Assembly (NCBI GenBank): GCA_904063045.1
Contig: CAJFCJ010000004.1
Coordinates: 1,667,713 to 1,731,712 of the forward strand
DNA: 64,000 bases
Direction of reading: 5' to 3'
Origin: Dimorphilus gyrociliatus
Lineage: Eukaryota; Animalia; Annelida
Both the position numbers and the translations under genes were made by a program. Below, piece by piece: positions 25,941-39,942 of the stretch (its first letter is position 1; each line of letters opens with the position of its first letter). The notes beneath the pieces are model-generated. The model made no database searches, was not told the DNA's origin, and was given only the letters and a program-made list of their open reading frames with translations.

Positions 25941-28900
25941 ATGGCTGCAGCGCGCGCTGTAAATTCTGAACAAATTGAGTTGCAGTTTCAAGAAACATTA
26001 GTTAGTTAAGACAACACTTTATCCCCGTCTAATTTATATCCTTCAAATTAGTGTATACAATATCCTTGTTTGATAATTGTGTCTTATCCCAAACTCCCCC
26101 GTTCAAAGTTCCGCCTTAAACTGTATTAATTTTCAGACTGCAGGTCAATGGGTTCCAGAACCATTGTCTACTTTTCCAAGTCATGATGAATCAAAAGCCT
26201 CTATCGAATCATCAGTAACGCCTAAGAGTGCAAAACAAAATAGACTATCCAGTTGTCGTTGTACGTATAGATTATCAATTAAAATTTAGGAGAGGCAGGT
26301 GATAAAAAGATGAAGAGGAAGGAGAGAGAGATTAAAAAGATACCCTTTTCTTTCTTTACTTAATTGGTTCAATTTATTTTTCTTTATTTAAGATATGTGC
26401 GGAAGATGTATACGTAAAACTTTGCAATTTATTGGGGATGAATGGATTCAATTGACTCTTTTGGGCGTTATAATGGCACTACTAAGTTTCTTAATGGACT
26501 ATGTTATAGAGAAAAGTCTTGACGGTTATTTTCTTTGATTAAGATTAAATAGATAGTCTACTTTGAAGAGTTATAGATGAACTTATAAAGAGAAATTTTC
26601 TCGTTCTCTCTTTAAGTGGAATAGTTAAACTACTAGTATCAATAATTCATATCATATATCCCTTATCCAATCTACTTAACTCTAAAATTTCATACTTATA
26701 ATTCAATATAAGAATAATTTTGTCAACAGCTCGGCACTGGCTTTACAATAAAACCGAATTTTCCATTCCATTACAATTTTTTACGTGGGTCATCTTTCCT
26801 GTGATATTTATAAATTTTTCTACTGGCTTCGTCCACATTGTTGGTCCCAGTGCAGTTGGTTTGTTGACCTTTTTCCTATATTAATAAAAAACACAAAAGC
26901 ATATATATATACAGTATATATAAATTTATATATAAATATATATTTATATACTGAATTTAATACTCCCAAATTATTATCTAGGTTCCGGTATACCGGAAAT
27001 GAAGACTATATTACGTGGGGTAGTGCTGAAGAAATATTTATCATTTAGAACTTTAATATCAAAAATGGTTGGTCTAGTAGCTTCTATCGGAAGCGGCCTT
27101 TCAATTGGGAAGGAAGTAAGCATAAATTTGAAGGATAAATTGTAGTTTTCTTAAACAAAGAATACTATCAAGCAAACAACTTTCTTTAATGCACGACTTA
27201 TTCATAGTTAATGTTGTTTTGCTCTAGATTATATTCTTGATAAATTGTCAGAAAAGATTTATATGCTCAACCATCTGCGAATACTTTCTTCTTTACTGTC
27301 TATCTTTCTTTAGGGTCCTTTTGTCCATATTGCCAGTATCACAGCAAGATTGTTATGTAAATATGTCCGATCGACCAAAGGGAAATTTCTGGTATATATT
27401 TATATAATATTAGATAAACACTTTAAATCAAATAGCCTGTTCTCGCTTTCTTTTAGAAAAAAGATACAAACATGGAATTGTTAGCGGCAGCTTGTGCTGT
27501 TGGTGTTGCTAGTACTTTTGCAGCTCCTATTGGAGGTAATTCAATGAAAAAAACTACTAATTAAATAGAATAATTCTAAATATATCGTCTCTAAATATAG
27601 AATCATACTTTTTCAATATTGAAAAATTACTTTAACAAGTGCTTTCACTAATTTCTTTCTTTATCATATTCTTCTAGGTGTTCTGTTCAGTATAGAAGTC
27701 ACAGCTACGTATTTTGCAGTTAGTAATTATTGGCGTGGATTTTATTCAGCCGTTTGCGGTGCTCTAGTCTTCCGATTATTAGGTGTCTGGTTTAGAAACG
27801 AAGAAACCATTACAGCTTTATTTAAAACTGATTTAAGAACAAACATTCCATTCGACCCCTTAGAATTGGTTGTCTTTGCTGGTATCGGGTAAATAGAGCC
27901 AATTTTCAATCATATTTTCAATATTTTAAAGACGTATTTTGCAGTGTTACTAGTGGTTTGGCAGGAGCCCTCTTCGTTTTCCTTCACAGGACTATTATTG
28001 AATTTATTAGAAGTCAAAGAAGCGTAACAAAGTTTATTACTAGCCAGTAAAAGCTATTATTAAATTATTATTACCTAATGAATATTAATATTTAATAATT
28101 ATTTATTTATTGTATAACTTTCAGGCGCTTTTTATTTCCAACTCTAGTTGCTGTCTTTATTTGCTCATTAACATATCCTAAAGGATTGGGAAAGTATATG
28201 TCTGGCATTCTTACAAATAGAGAAGCTGTTAATCAATTATTCTCGTAAGTTAATTAGTTAAATGAGGTATGTGATTGTTAAAAGAAGCGTGTTTTTTTTT
28301 TAATAGTAATATAAGTTGGACTAAGGGGCAGTCTGATGTGCCAGAACAGGATGATATCATTTCAGGGTGGAAAGGTCCAAATGACAATATTTATTTAACT
28401 CTGTCACTTTTTATCTTAATGAGGGTGAGAATTGAACATGTTAACATAAACTGAAAAACAGATAACAGCTATTGTTTCAATCTATCATCTAGTTCTGGAT
28501 GTCAGCTTTATCTATTACACTACCCGTTCCAGCTGGAGTTTTTATGCCAGTTTTTACTTTAGGAGCTGCTTACGGTCGTTTAATAGGAGAGTCTATGGCT
28601 GCCTGGTTTCCCAACGGTGTTTCTAACGTTGATAATGCATTAGTTGTACCGGCTGGTTACGCTATAGTTGGTATGGCGTTTACTATTATTTCTGTTACCT
28701 TAGCTTTCCATTGTATACTATAATAGTCTTTTTGTTATTGTTTATCTTTTAAACAGGTGCAGCATCATTTGCCGGTGCGGTAACACATACTGTATCAACA
28801 TCAGTTATTGTTTTTGAGTTAACCGGTCATCTTGGTCACATTCTTCCCTGTGTGGTATGTATGTCAAAAGAAAACAATATCCAATTACTTAAACTATGGC

Positions 28901-31064
28901 CTTGTATCAAATCTTCTTTCTATTAATTTGTATCATTAAAATCTTTCGAGGTGTCAGTTTTATTGGCCAACGCTGTAGCCCAGAAATTCGAAGATTCAGT
29001 CTATAATATGATAATAGCGACTAATAAGTTACCTAGTTTACCGTATTTGGTAAATGTGCGGGAAGTATTTAAGTAGGTCAATCAATCAGTTCGCTTTAGT
29101 CCATTGTTAATTTAATTTCACTACCACCTCTTGTTTCATTTGTTTTAATATTCTTTTACGATTGTGTGTAATTTATTTATTAAACGAGATTTCCCTAATT
29201 GGACATTTTTTTTGCTGGTTTCGCTTTATCAAAGAGTGTGTGCAGTTTAGAATTAGATTTGAAAAGAATATGGTTTTGTAGAGAAAATACTTTTGAGAAT
29301 ATACGCAAGACCAATGATTAGCTTCTTTAATGCTCTATATCTTTAGGGAGAATTCTATAGGAGAAAAATTATGAATTATTCTTTTTTTCAAAGATTCATA
29401 AAGAAAATAGTGTTCCTCCTTTGTCATCCTTTTTCACCTTCTCTCTTGTTTAGGCGAGAGAGGGAGTGAAAGAAAGAAAGGAAGAACGAGCAAATGGGAG
29501 ACGAGTTCTCTTCTAATAAGAGAAAGTACTTTCTATAACGATAAAGATAGATTGATCTCAATCTGAAATTATGAATATATGTGACACCATAAGGAAATCA
29601 TGGAAAAAAAGCAATTATTCATTATTCTCCTATTTCTTCTTACAGATCAGCGTTCTCGTTGCGAATAGCATAAGTCATCGATTCGCTCCGAATATTTATG
29701 ACAGCTTTATCTATATTAAACGCCTACCTTATTTACCAGATTTGATTGAATCTGATGAAAAGTATAAATTTTTGCTTCTTTCTTACTATTCAATTCTTTA
29801 AATGGTCTTCGGAAAGATAAGAGAGAAAGAAAGGAAGAGAGAGTTCGAAATTATCTTAAAAGGAGAGACGGGTTGGGGGGTAACGAATGGGGTACTTTAC
29901 CAGATGTAAATAACTAATTTTACATAAAAAAAGAGGATACTTATACCCTAATTGGTAAATAAGAGATCTGTAGAAAACATCTAAGATACTTACTTTCTCT
30001 CATATCTACGTTAGTGTTATTAGCAGACTTTAGAGTCGTCTCTTATCTCTTAATAGAGGTAATTCTAACCTTGCGCGGTATACTTTATAGGGCGAAAGAA
30101 ACAACTGCTGAAGAATTTATGGTTAAGGATCCTAATTTGATATATATCACAAAACGTATCTCTTACAATCGATTACAAGACTTCTTAAATCGATATGGCT
30201 TCTTATCTTTCCCAGTGGTTGATAAAGAAGGTAGCATCTTTATTCTGTCAACCTATTTATTTCAGTTTGTTTAATTTATCCATCTAGATTCCAGAATATT
30301 TGTTGGATCTATTGGAAGATCTGAATTAACTAATAATTTACATAATAATCCAATAATTTCCGGGTAAATTGGGATTTTATCAATTTTAATTTTGCGTAAT
30401 AATAGCCTTTTATCAACTAATTTATAACTAATTAACAGAGAAAGAGAAGTAGAGGAAGAAGATAACGGAGGACAAGAAGAAGAAGAAGAAAAAGTAATTA
30501 TTGCCGATTATGAAACAATTACCGGAATTAATGAAACGGAAATGGTAGATACTGTAAGATAAATTATTCTTTTAATCGTTTATATTTTCCTGTAATTATT
30601 AATTTGGTTATCTTTGTGTTTTGATTTGCCTTTTATAAAATAAATAAGGCTTGCTTAGTAGACGACAATATTAAAACTACGAAGAAGAAATATAAGAAAA
30701 GTTTGTATACTGTTGTAAAAATACCATATAAAAACCAGAAGTAATGTTACTTATTATTTCAATAGAAAAGAAAAATAAGCATAGAAAAGATTCATCGGAT
30801 TTTATCGAGATAAATGACGAAGATATTGATCCTTCTCCTTTTCAACTGGTGCAAAAAACTACATTAGCTAAAGTAAATATATTAATCTTATTAACTTTTT
30901 CTAATAAATATTAATAATTTATTAATTTTATTAAGGTACATTGGTTTTTCTCCATACTTAGCATAAAATATGCATATATTACTTCAAGTGGAAAATTGGT
31001 TGGGGTAATAGCTTTAAAAGATATTTGTAAAGCTATAAATGGAATAAAAGATGAGAAAAATTAA
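25941..31064 (+). CDS. CLCN2: ClC-2-type voltage-gated chloride channel, multi-exon, with an alternative exon pair
   Basis: Start [20 protein letters not shown]; [27 protein letters not shown]|[15 protein letters not shown] (channel-type Val), GVFMP, two CBS domains, stop 31062-31064. Alternative exons 28951-29072 and 29646-29761. Confidence 0.93.
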
Positions 31065-32010
31065 AATAAAAGAAGAGATTTAGCATTTTTCCCTAGAAAA
31101 CTGTTTTTGTTTATTCGTTTTTTATTTATTTTAATATTTAATGTTTTACAAAACAACGATAAAGGAAAGTTTACTGCTCAAGGCGTTTTTATTTGTTTTA
31201 ATTTACTGCTCGTTTGATTGTATTAATTAATATTATTGGTGATTATATTCTTTTGCGGAAATATTTTAATGAAAGTCCATGAAATATAAGCTGAAAGCAA
31301 GAACGGAAAGGAGAGGAGGAGAAGAGAAAGAATGTGAAAAGTATTTGACATAATAAGAATAAGAAATATATTTTTACCATGTCTATTCCATAGTGTAAAT
31401 AAGTAGAAAACGCTGATATATCCTGCTATTTACTAGTTTTATCCATTTTGTCCCTTTTTTAAGTACTTTGTTTCTAATTTATTAATAAAGTTGTTTCAAA
31501 TTATTAATAAAGTACTAAGTTGATTATAATATAGAATTTAATTTATTGGGTTAAGGCTTTCTTCTTTAAACTGAACTGATGTAATTTAATAATCCTATAA
31601 GAGGGCCAATTGCCCGCATACTAAAGATTTTTGCATTGAACTCTGAACTGTGGCAAGCAATCAATCATTTTCTTGGCGTGTTATGAAAAGACTGCTCTTC
31701 TCTTCACGCCTATGAATTACTATTGTCTGGTATACAATTTTTTATGGTTCTTATTCACTTATTCCTCTTATTAGCTCGATAAGAAGGTCTTTCCCAGGTA
31801 TATATGTCTATCAATCACTGCCGCCTTAAATTTTAAAGGGATTTTGTATTGTAAACAACTGCAGATGTCTTTTTTCGCAAGCATAATAAATATTTTGAAA
31901 ACATACACAACCAGCTGCATGGTATTCATTAAATAAAGCAAATTTAATACTTAAAAAATAATCCATAAGATTATTGAAAAGCACAATGAAAAAAAAGGGG
32001 AAGAGAGAAT

Positions 32011-35000
32011 TTAAATAAACTGAGTTCTCTTTGATGGACTTTGACTGTCTGATCGTCTTTGCAGGTCACTTACTTGCTTCTTTAATAGAGTCACGTCGTC
32101 TTTTAACGAGTAGATGGTGTCGATGAGTGATCTGAATAGGTTAAGGGAAGGGGGAAAAAGAAAGTAAGAAAATTGTTAGATTTATCTTTTTTTTGAGATA
32201 ATGCATATGTAGAGATAAAAACAATTGGAAGTTAATCTCTTACTTTTCTTCAATCTCTATTTGTCCATTTCTTTGTTCTTCAATAATAATTTTTTCCTCT
32301 TCCGGTAGTATAATTGAAGACTTATATCCTGCATATAAATAAATAACATTTTATTACAAATCTTTTATTAATTAACCTTTTAGGGTAAAGTTTTTGTGTT
32401 AACCTCAATAAATTTTCGTATCTCAATAGATTTTTATAGTTTTATTGATATTCTTAAATATATACATCATATATGCACACTTATTAATATATATACATTA
32501 TATACTCTCTATAATAGTTTATTTACTATGGTAAAAAATATCCACGAGCGCAAAACCCCTTTTGTTCTACTTAAACCTTAATTCTGTAACTTAGCTTGTA
32601 TAAACTACTAAAGTTAATTTCAAATAAAACAAAGTCGAGTTTATATATGTTCAGTGAACACATGTACACAAAAGAGATAAAGGAGGTCAGAATCTATTTT
32701 CTATCATACATGCATAAATTTATAAAAAAATCACAAAGAAATCGTGTTTGTCTTTCTTAACATACATAAATAGAAAATTAGGGCAAATTTTCTAACCGAA
32801 TGTAGCTAATAGCCGTATAAAAGATTTTTATTATAAAAATCGTTATTATGCATTAAAATTCACAGTGTTTCTTTAAAAAGATGTTCTTTTTTTGTTTTTT
32901 TTCTTCGTTTATCTACTATGCTTCACATATATAGATTATATAAATGTATAATAAAAAAAGATTTAACTATCAAATAGATGTATATAATCCCATTTTTTAA
33001 AATTTATTTCTTCATGCTTCTATTTAAATTTTTCGATACTGGAAAGCAACCAACCAGATCCTCATCATCATCTTCCAGATGTTCATTTTGCTTACGATGT
33101 TTTTTCAGATCAACTGAAAATATGATTTAATATAAAAAAATGAACCTAATTTAAAAATGAAAAATTATGTTTGGTTCTTTTTTTAATAATAAGATAAAGG
33201 CAAAATATATATAGTATGCATACACTGTAATTACAACATACTACATATAATTCTACAGTTTTAGTATAATAAATTATAAGATAAACAGAAAAATTGATAA
33301 TAATAATAATTAATTATAAAAGCATAAAAAGGATTGAATAGATAGATAGATACATAGATAGATATATAAATAAGTAAAATTTACCTAAATTCTCCATAAA
33401 ATTTTATACGATTCACAACAGCTTCAAAAATATGGTTTTTTTTTTTTAAAAGAAAAAAGTAATAAAAAAAACTAGAGTTGTTTAGCGGTGATTAATACAT
33501 GCAAAAAGAAGCGTTTTATATTCGATGTGTGCGCCATGCAGAGAGCTTTTTCTATTTTTTGACACAATTACAACATTAAAAGATATTTTTCTTTGCTTGA
33601 ATTTGCTTATTTGTCTGTTTTCCTTTTGTTAAAAAAACACAAATAGTACTATACTTACGTGACTTCGTTGTTGAATTTCTTTTAGACGCTTTATAATATG
33701 CTTCTATAACATTTAAAACAAGAGCATCTTGGGCATCTTTTGCTGATCCAGCTTTTAAAGATAAAGAGAAAATTCCTAATTATGTATCAGTCTTTTAATA
33801 AAACTAATTTTATACCCAAAAATTTAGTAGGCTCTTTTCTAGCAGATTTAGGACTTTTAATAAAATCGACTGTATGATGATTATTTAGATTCGGTGGATT
33901 TGGTTTAAGACAGCCGCTAGACCAAGCTGAATATATTTGTTTTGCGACTATGCCCTTGGCAGTTTGTTGACTTTCACAAATTTCTGAATGTTGAGCATTT
34001 AGGAAAGAATTCGGTAGAGTTGTTATTTTTAATTCAGTAATATTTTGCCCATTAGATATGCATTGAGTTAAATTCCTTTGATTGACGATTGCATCGAACC
34101 ATTTATTACATTGTATTTCCGACTTATATGTAATTTTTTGATTATCTAAAAAGTATAAATAAAAATATACATTTCTCTTACGTAGGTGTATACTGTACAA
34201 ATATACAGTATATTATAAGATCGTCTACAATGACGATAAAGGAAAGCAATATTTAGATAATTACTAAGTACAAGTGATAATTTATCTCCATAAAATTGTT
34301 CTACTCTTAACCAGTTTACAGGATATTTTTTCTGGAGAATAAAAAATAAATATTTGTAAAAATACTTTCTATTAAAAGAAAAGGAAAGGAAAAGCGATAC
34401 CTCAAAAACGTATCCTGACAATCGATCGCTAACTGATAGAACCAACAAGACGCGAGGAAAGAGTACTAATATTCTATCTTGAATTTCTTTTTCGCATGTT
34501 ATGTTTACGTTATCCAACAGTACTATGTCCCCGAATGAGGATATAGGCTGCAAAAACATATAGGTTACATTCCAATAAAAATTTGATTTATTTTCATTAC
34601 TGTTTAAAATATGAACGTATTTTTATAATTCCTAAGAAATATAAATAAACGTATATTCAGCTGTTAGTCTATCCTTAATATTAATCAAATATACAAAACT
34701 TTCCTATGTTTTCTATTTATATATACATATACTTTATATACACAAATGCAGTATGGTAAAGAGCATGTTTTTTACTCTGATATGCTTTCTTTTCTATTTC
34801 GTCTTTTTATAAATTGTTTTATCTATTTATTAAATGTTTTCAAACCTCTCCGTCCCAACCAAGAATTTCGCTGTGTAAAATGTTTACTTCTGTCTCTTTT
34901 TCCCTGCGTATATCTGAGCAAACAGTCTGAAAAAACATTAAATCTCTCATTTTCACATGAAAGGGATACTATACTTCCTGTGTAAAGTCGAAATACTAAC

Positions 35001-36290
35001 AAAAATTTCCCTATATACTTCAATTGATCTTTGCGTATCGCCAAGATCGGCGTGACTGATAGGTGTATGCCTCTCCAACTCTTTCAGTAAGTTTGGATAT
35101 TGTTCCAATCTAACGAAGGGTCTAAATATGTTTGATGCCATGTATGAAAAATTTGAACTGTTTATGGATTTTTCTTTATCTTGGAAAAACTTTTCTAGTT
35201 TCTCCCTGCAAAAAAAGGAAAAGAAATAAACCAATAGAAACAAATAGCTTTGAAATTTATAAGTATTCAGATAAGATTATGGCAATTGTAATGATAATAA
35301 CAGTGAAGATACTCCAGAAGGATCTTACTTGAAAGTAATATTTACAAGTAATAAAATTATTTGTTTTAGTTATCAATCATGTTTATGTTTACCTTTGCTT
35401 CTTTATTATCTCTACTGCCATAGGATGAAATTTTCCGTAAGTCTTATAAAGTTTTGTTATTTCATTGGATGCTTCGAGGAAAGTTTTACCAATTCGCTGA
35501 CTAGCTTCAGATAATCTAAAAAGTTGAAGATTAATTAGGTTGTGTTGTGTTAATCTTGCACTTAAAAATGAGACATTAGCATATTATACAAAAATAATGT
35601 TCAATTTTATTACCTTGATACCCTCAAAAGATTATTAAGTAGAGATTTATGAAAAGTTAATATTTCATCCATTGTACAGTCAATAATAGCAAACACAGAA
35701 TCAGCAATACTGATGAGAGAAATCACGGTTTAGAATAATATTAATGAGAATAGTTTATACAGATTTTGCTTACATAATTCGAGACGGTTTAAGATAATTT
35801 TGCAAAAAAGATGACAGATCGTTCAAGTACGCTTTCTCTGTAGCTATTATACTCTGCAGGACCTATGAATATAATAATCACATTTAATAATTATTTCTTT
35901 GTCTTAAAAAGGTGTCGTCTTTTTACCATATCTCTATAAAATCCACTGACTGACTCATTAAGTTCAGGAGCCTCAACTTTGTCTTCACCTTTAAATGATA
36001 TTCTGTTTTAATATCTTTTATAGTAAGTCACTGTACTCACATATAGGCACAACATAATTAGAGGGAAACCATCCAGCCTTACTACCTAAGGTACCTTCCC
36101 ACCAACCACCATCTATTTGTTGCGTAACAACAATCACGTCTCCTTTCGTGAATTGAAGCTAAAGAAATGGGTGATGAAAGAAAAATTCTACCTCTCTAAA
36201 CTTCAATAATGGTTAACTAACCTCATCATTGTGAGAAGGAGCAAAGTTATATTGTGCAACAACTTTTTTTAGAGACGAGTTGTCATTCAT
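32011..36290 (-). CDS. ARHGEF7: Rho GEF beta-PIX/Cool (SH3-DH-PH-GBD-coiled coil)
   Basis: SH3 ([46 protein letters not shown]), DH ([20 protein letters not shown]), PH ([26 protein letters not shown]), GIT-binding [11 protein letters not shown], and [11 protein letters not shown]...[16 protein letters not shown]. The exact 3' end is less certain. Confidence 0.9.
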
Positions 36291-36892
36291 TTCTTATAAA
36301 ATTCTTTGTCATTTACCATTTTATAACCAAGTCAGTACCTGATTATAATTTCTCTCATTTAAATTTTTTTTTAAACCGTCTTTTTAAACTTGTTTAATAT
36401 GTTTTTCACGATTTGTCGGAGGATTTAGCAGACTCCTAAAATAGAACAATGTTGTCTTATACTAATATTGTAAACACTTAGTTGTAGATGTTTTGTATTT
36501 TTCAAAATGGAGGATGCTTTCTACATTTTTTCAGTCATTTTGGATTACCGAAAAACTAAAAATCTTTTGTTATCTTTGAAAGAACCATATTAAAAAGAGT
36601 ATTTACTTTTGTTATTTAAGAAAATGGCTGATAAAAAAGATTTTATATGAGCATTCATTTTTCTTTTTAAATATTTCGTCAAAGACATATACTCACATTT
36701 TTCCTAGAAATAATTAAATTAGGTGAAAAACCTTACAAACCGATTAAAATATGGGCAACGTCAAAGTTGGTTAATATTAATATTAAAATTTTCTATTTAT
36801 TGTTTAGTTTCTTTGTTTTCGAAAGGGAAATTTAAGAAATGGAGTACGAATCATATGAACTAACCCGTTTTCACGTGGAAAATTTAACTCAA

Positions 36893-38324
36893 ATGGCTTC
36901 ATTTAAGAAACCGAAGAAAAGTTTTCGCCAAAATCGCAAACCACTATCAGTTGAGGACGATGACGAAGAGCACGACAATGTCAGGTATTCTATCTATAGA
37001 TCCAGTTAATTAAATTATTTTGGATAATTTAGTTGAAGTAAATCTTATCATTTTGTGACCGATAATGCATCGAAAACGTTTTCGAATTGTAGAATACTTT
37101 TTTAACATAACATTTTGCAATAGAAATATTCTGGAGGAGGCAAAAGAAGTACAAAAGTTACGCGAACGACAGAAAGGTGTGAGTGCTGAAGATTTGGTTT
37201 CAACAAGACCATCAAAAGAAGTTAAAAGAGATACAGTACGTTTATTATTATGAATTACACTTAAACGGGTGCAAATTAAACATAAGTTATTTTTTGCTAC
37301 AGAAAGATACTTTTAAGATAAAAACTGGGGGAATGGTAGATATGAAAAATATCAAGTAATTTAAAAATTTTTCAAAAAAAATACATGAAATCAATATAAG
37401 AGTATTTCTATGAATTTTAGAGTAAATGATGATGACATAGAAGCTATAGGCAATAATTTTGCTGCTGAAACTAATAGAAGAGATGAAGATGCCGACATGT
37501 CTGTATGTAATTTTTATATTAAAAGTACTAATAAATAAAATATGCTGCAGGCTTAAATATGTGGAAACAGAACTTCGAAAAAGAAAAGGAGAGGAAGATG
37601 ATAATGACAGCCCTGAAAAGTACTAGCAAAAATAATAAAATACCATAAAATGTATTAGTTATTCAATCCTACCTTTAATCATCCTATGTAGGCGAGCAAG
37701 ACCAGAAGACGCATTATACGCTCTACCTGATAACATAAAAAATGTAACTAATTCCAAAAAAACAGAAGATATGTTGTCAAATCAAATGCTTTCAGGTATT
37801 CCAGAAATTGAACTTGGAATAGAGTAAGTTTATATTTAATAATATTGTACTTTTCTATATCGGTAATATCGATAATATTTCCAATTAGAGCAAAAATAAA
37901 AAATATAGAAGCTACTGAAATTGCCAGGCAAAAATTAATGAAAGAAAAAAGAAAGAAGACAGGCAGTGATGTTAGTGAGTTTGTTCCCACCAACATGGCT
38001 GTAAACTTTGTACAGCATAACCGATGTAAGATGATTATTAACTATTCTATATTTTTTTAATAATTCATGCATAAGTACAGTAATTATATGTAAGTATATA
38101 TGTACTTTTTATTTAGTTAATATTGAAGATGATACCCCAATTTTAAAACAACAAGGCGGTGAACCAACTCGTGAAGCGACACACAGAAAAGGTATTGAAA
38201 ATATTATATTAATAATACAAAGGAAAATATTCTAATATTAAAAACTTTTCCCACAGGTCCAAACACAAAAGGACCAACAGATAATTATCATTTTACAAAG
38301 TTTAAAAATCAAATGAGACCTTAA
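36893..38324 (+). CDS. C9orf78: C9orf78 / Tls1 spliceosome-associated protein (an in-frame upstream ATG at 36839 is also possible)
   Basis: Spliced product includes KTGGMVDMK, FAAETNRRDEDADMLKYVETELRKRKG, MLSNQMLSGIPEIELGIEAKIKNIEATE, FVPTNMAVNFVQHNRF, TDNYHFTKFK. Confidence 0.92.
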
Positions 38325-39291
38325 CTTTCAATTTTAGTTTTATAAATAGTGTAAAAAGTAACCTTTTAACTCTTACGACTTTGCTATTTATCTGAAACTG
38401 TTTTATATTTATCACCCTGGGTATTGATCTAAATAATTAATGAAGAACATTTGATGCTCTGGAGTTTATATTGTATTTCTGTTTTTATAGATTTGATACT
38501 CAATATAAAAACAATAATCAGTCTTACAAAAAATATGTGTGTAGTTTATCCATATGTTTCTCTTATTTTCTAATAGAGATAAGGATAAATTATCAATAAA
38601 TTGGCATATTTAACATCTTCAAACGTGACCTTTTCTTGTTAAAAGATTTCATTTTGGGGAAATCAATGATAAAGTACCTTTTTCAAGTTAAATCTAAGAG
38701 CTTAAGTTTCTGTTTTCTCCAATTTTTACTTCGTTACTTATTAAGTACGGTACATTTGGGTCACATTTCTTCTATTCCATTTGAAAGTTTTTTAGTTGAA
38801 AGCATTTGTAGCTGGCTATAGGTGCAAAAATAACAGAGACAATAGCATTAGCTATAAAGTTCTCATTTAAATATTCTATAATATTGATAGAACAGGGAAT
38901 AGAAAAAGACTTAAAATAGAACATACTAAATTACAAAGATAAAGTTGCCCTATTTTAATTTCCCATAAATATGTCGTTATTTTTTAATAATTTCAGACTT
39001 AAGTATCAGAATACACGTGCCCTGACATATATACTATATATATATATATATATATATACATATATACAGTATATATATTAGAATTATTGGTATAGCTAAA
39101 CAGACAGGGGTGGGTGAAGTCACAATTTTTTCGAAACAATTTTTGAACGGTAGATCTTTTGTCTGCAAGATTCAATGTATTCAAATTGAACTCCTTACAG
39201 TATTTAGATATACCCTCTTGCTTATTTATTTTTAGCATTATTAGCTTGTGATAAGCCAAAGGGAAGGTTAAAAACAAAGGCATCCTAAAAA

Positions 39292-39942
39292 ATGGCAACG
39301 GTTGTCGATATAAATAGCGATGAAGGAAAGGTTCGATTGCAAAATGCTAAGAGTAATAAGTCGTTTCACGAATGGATTCAAGTCGTTTTTTCAAAGCAAA
39401 AATTTCACTCTGGTTGTGGATTAAGAACTACTGCAATCCTCTTAACAGCAGCCGAATATGCCAGATCAAATCCAACGCAAAAATTTATCCCGGAGTGTCA
39501 GCAGCCTTTCACTGAAAAAGGATTGATGGATTCAGAGAATTTTAAAGCAATTAGTTCATTTGAAAAATTAGATAAAGTTGGAACAACACTAGATGAAGTC
39601 TGTCGTTTAATGAAGTCCTATAACTATAATATTAAGAGTTTCAAAGCGTCAGAGACGTCTCTTAAAGATTTTCGTGCCTTATTAGCCGAGGTTTGCAAGA
39701 GCCAAAATTCTCTTATGGGTGTTAATTATTGCCTGAAAACCTTACAATTTAAACTACCGTATGGTCATCACAGCCCAATAGCCGCATACGATGACAAAAC
39801 TGATTCGGTATTAATTATGGATACTTGGCCTGATCACGGGGAATATTGGGTTGACACATCTTTGCTTTGGGAGTCAATGGATACGTTAGACATTGATAGT
39901 AATGAACGTAGGGGTTTTTATGTGCTATACAATGATATCTAA
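39292..39942 (+). CDS. Phytochelatin-synthase-like protein (peptidase C83), catalytic domain only, intronless
   Basis: Q-x5-C (KQKFHSGCGL), GHHSPIAAYDDKTDSVLIMD with His-Asp spacing of 18 as in AtPCS1 H162/D180, and a YWV motif; 216 aa. Confidence 0.85.
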   Translation: MATVVDINSDEGKVRLQNAKSNKSFHEWIQVVFSKQKFHSGCGLRTTAILLTAAEYARSNPTQKFIPECQQPFTEKGLMDSENFKAISSFEKLDKVGTTLDEVCRLMKSYNYNIKSFKASETSLKDFRALLAEVCKSQNSLMGVNYCLKTLQFKLPYGHHSPIAAYDDKTDSVLIMDTWPDHGEYWVDTSLLWESMDTLDIDSNERRGFYVLYNDI

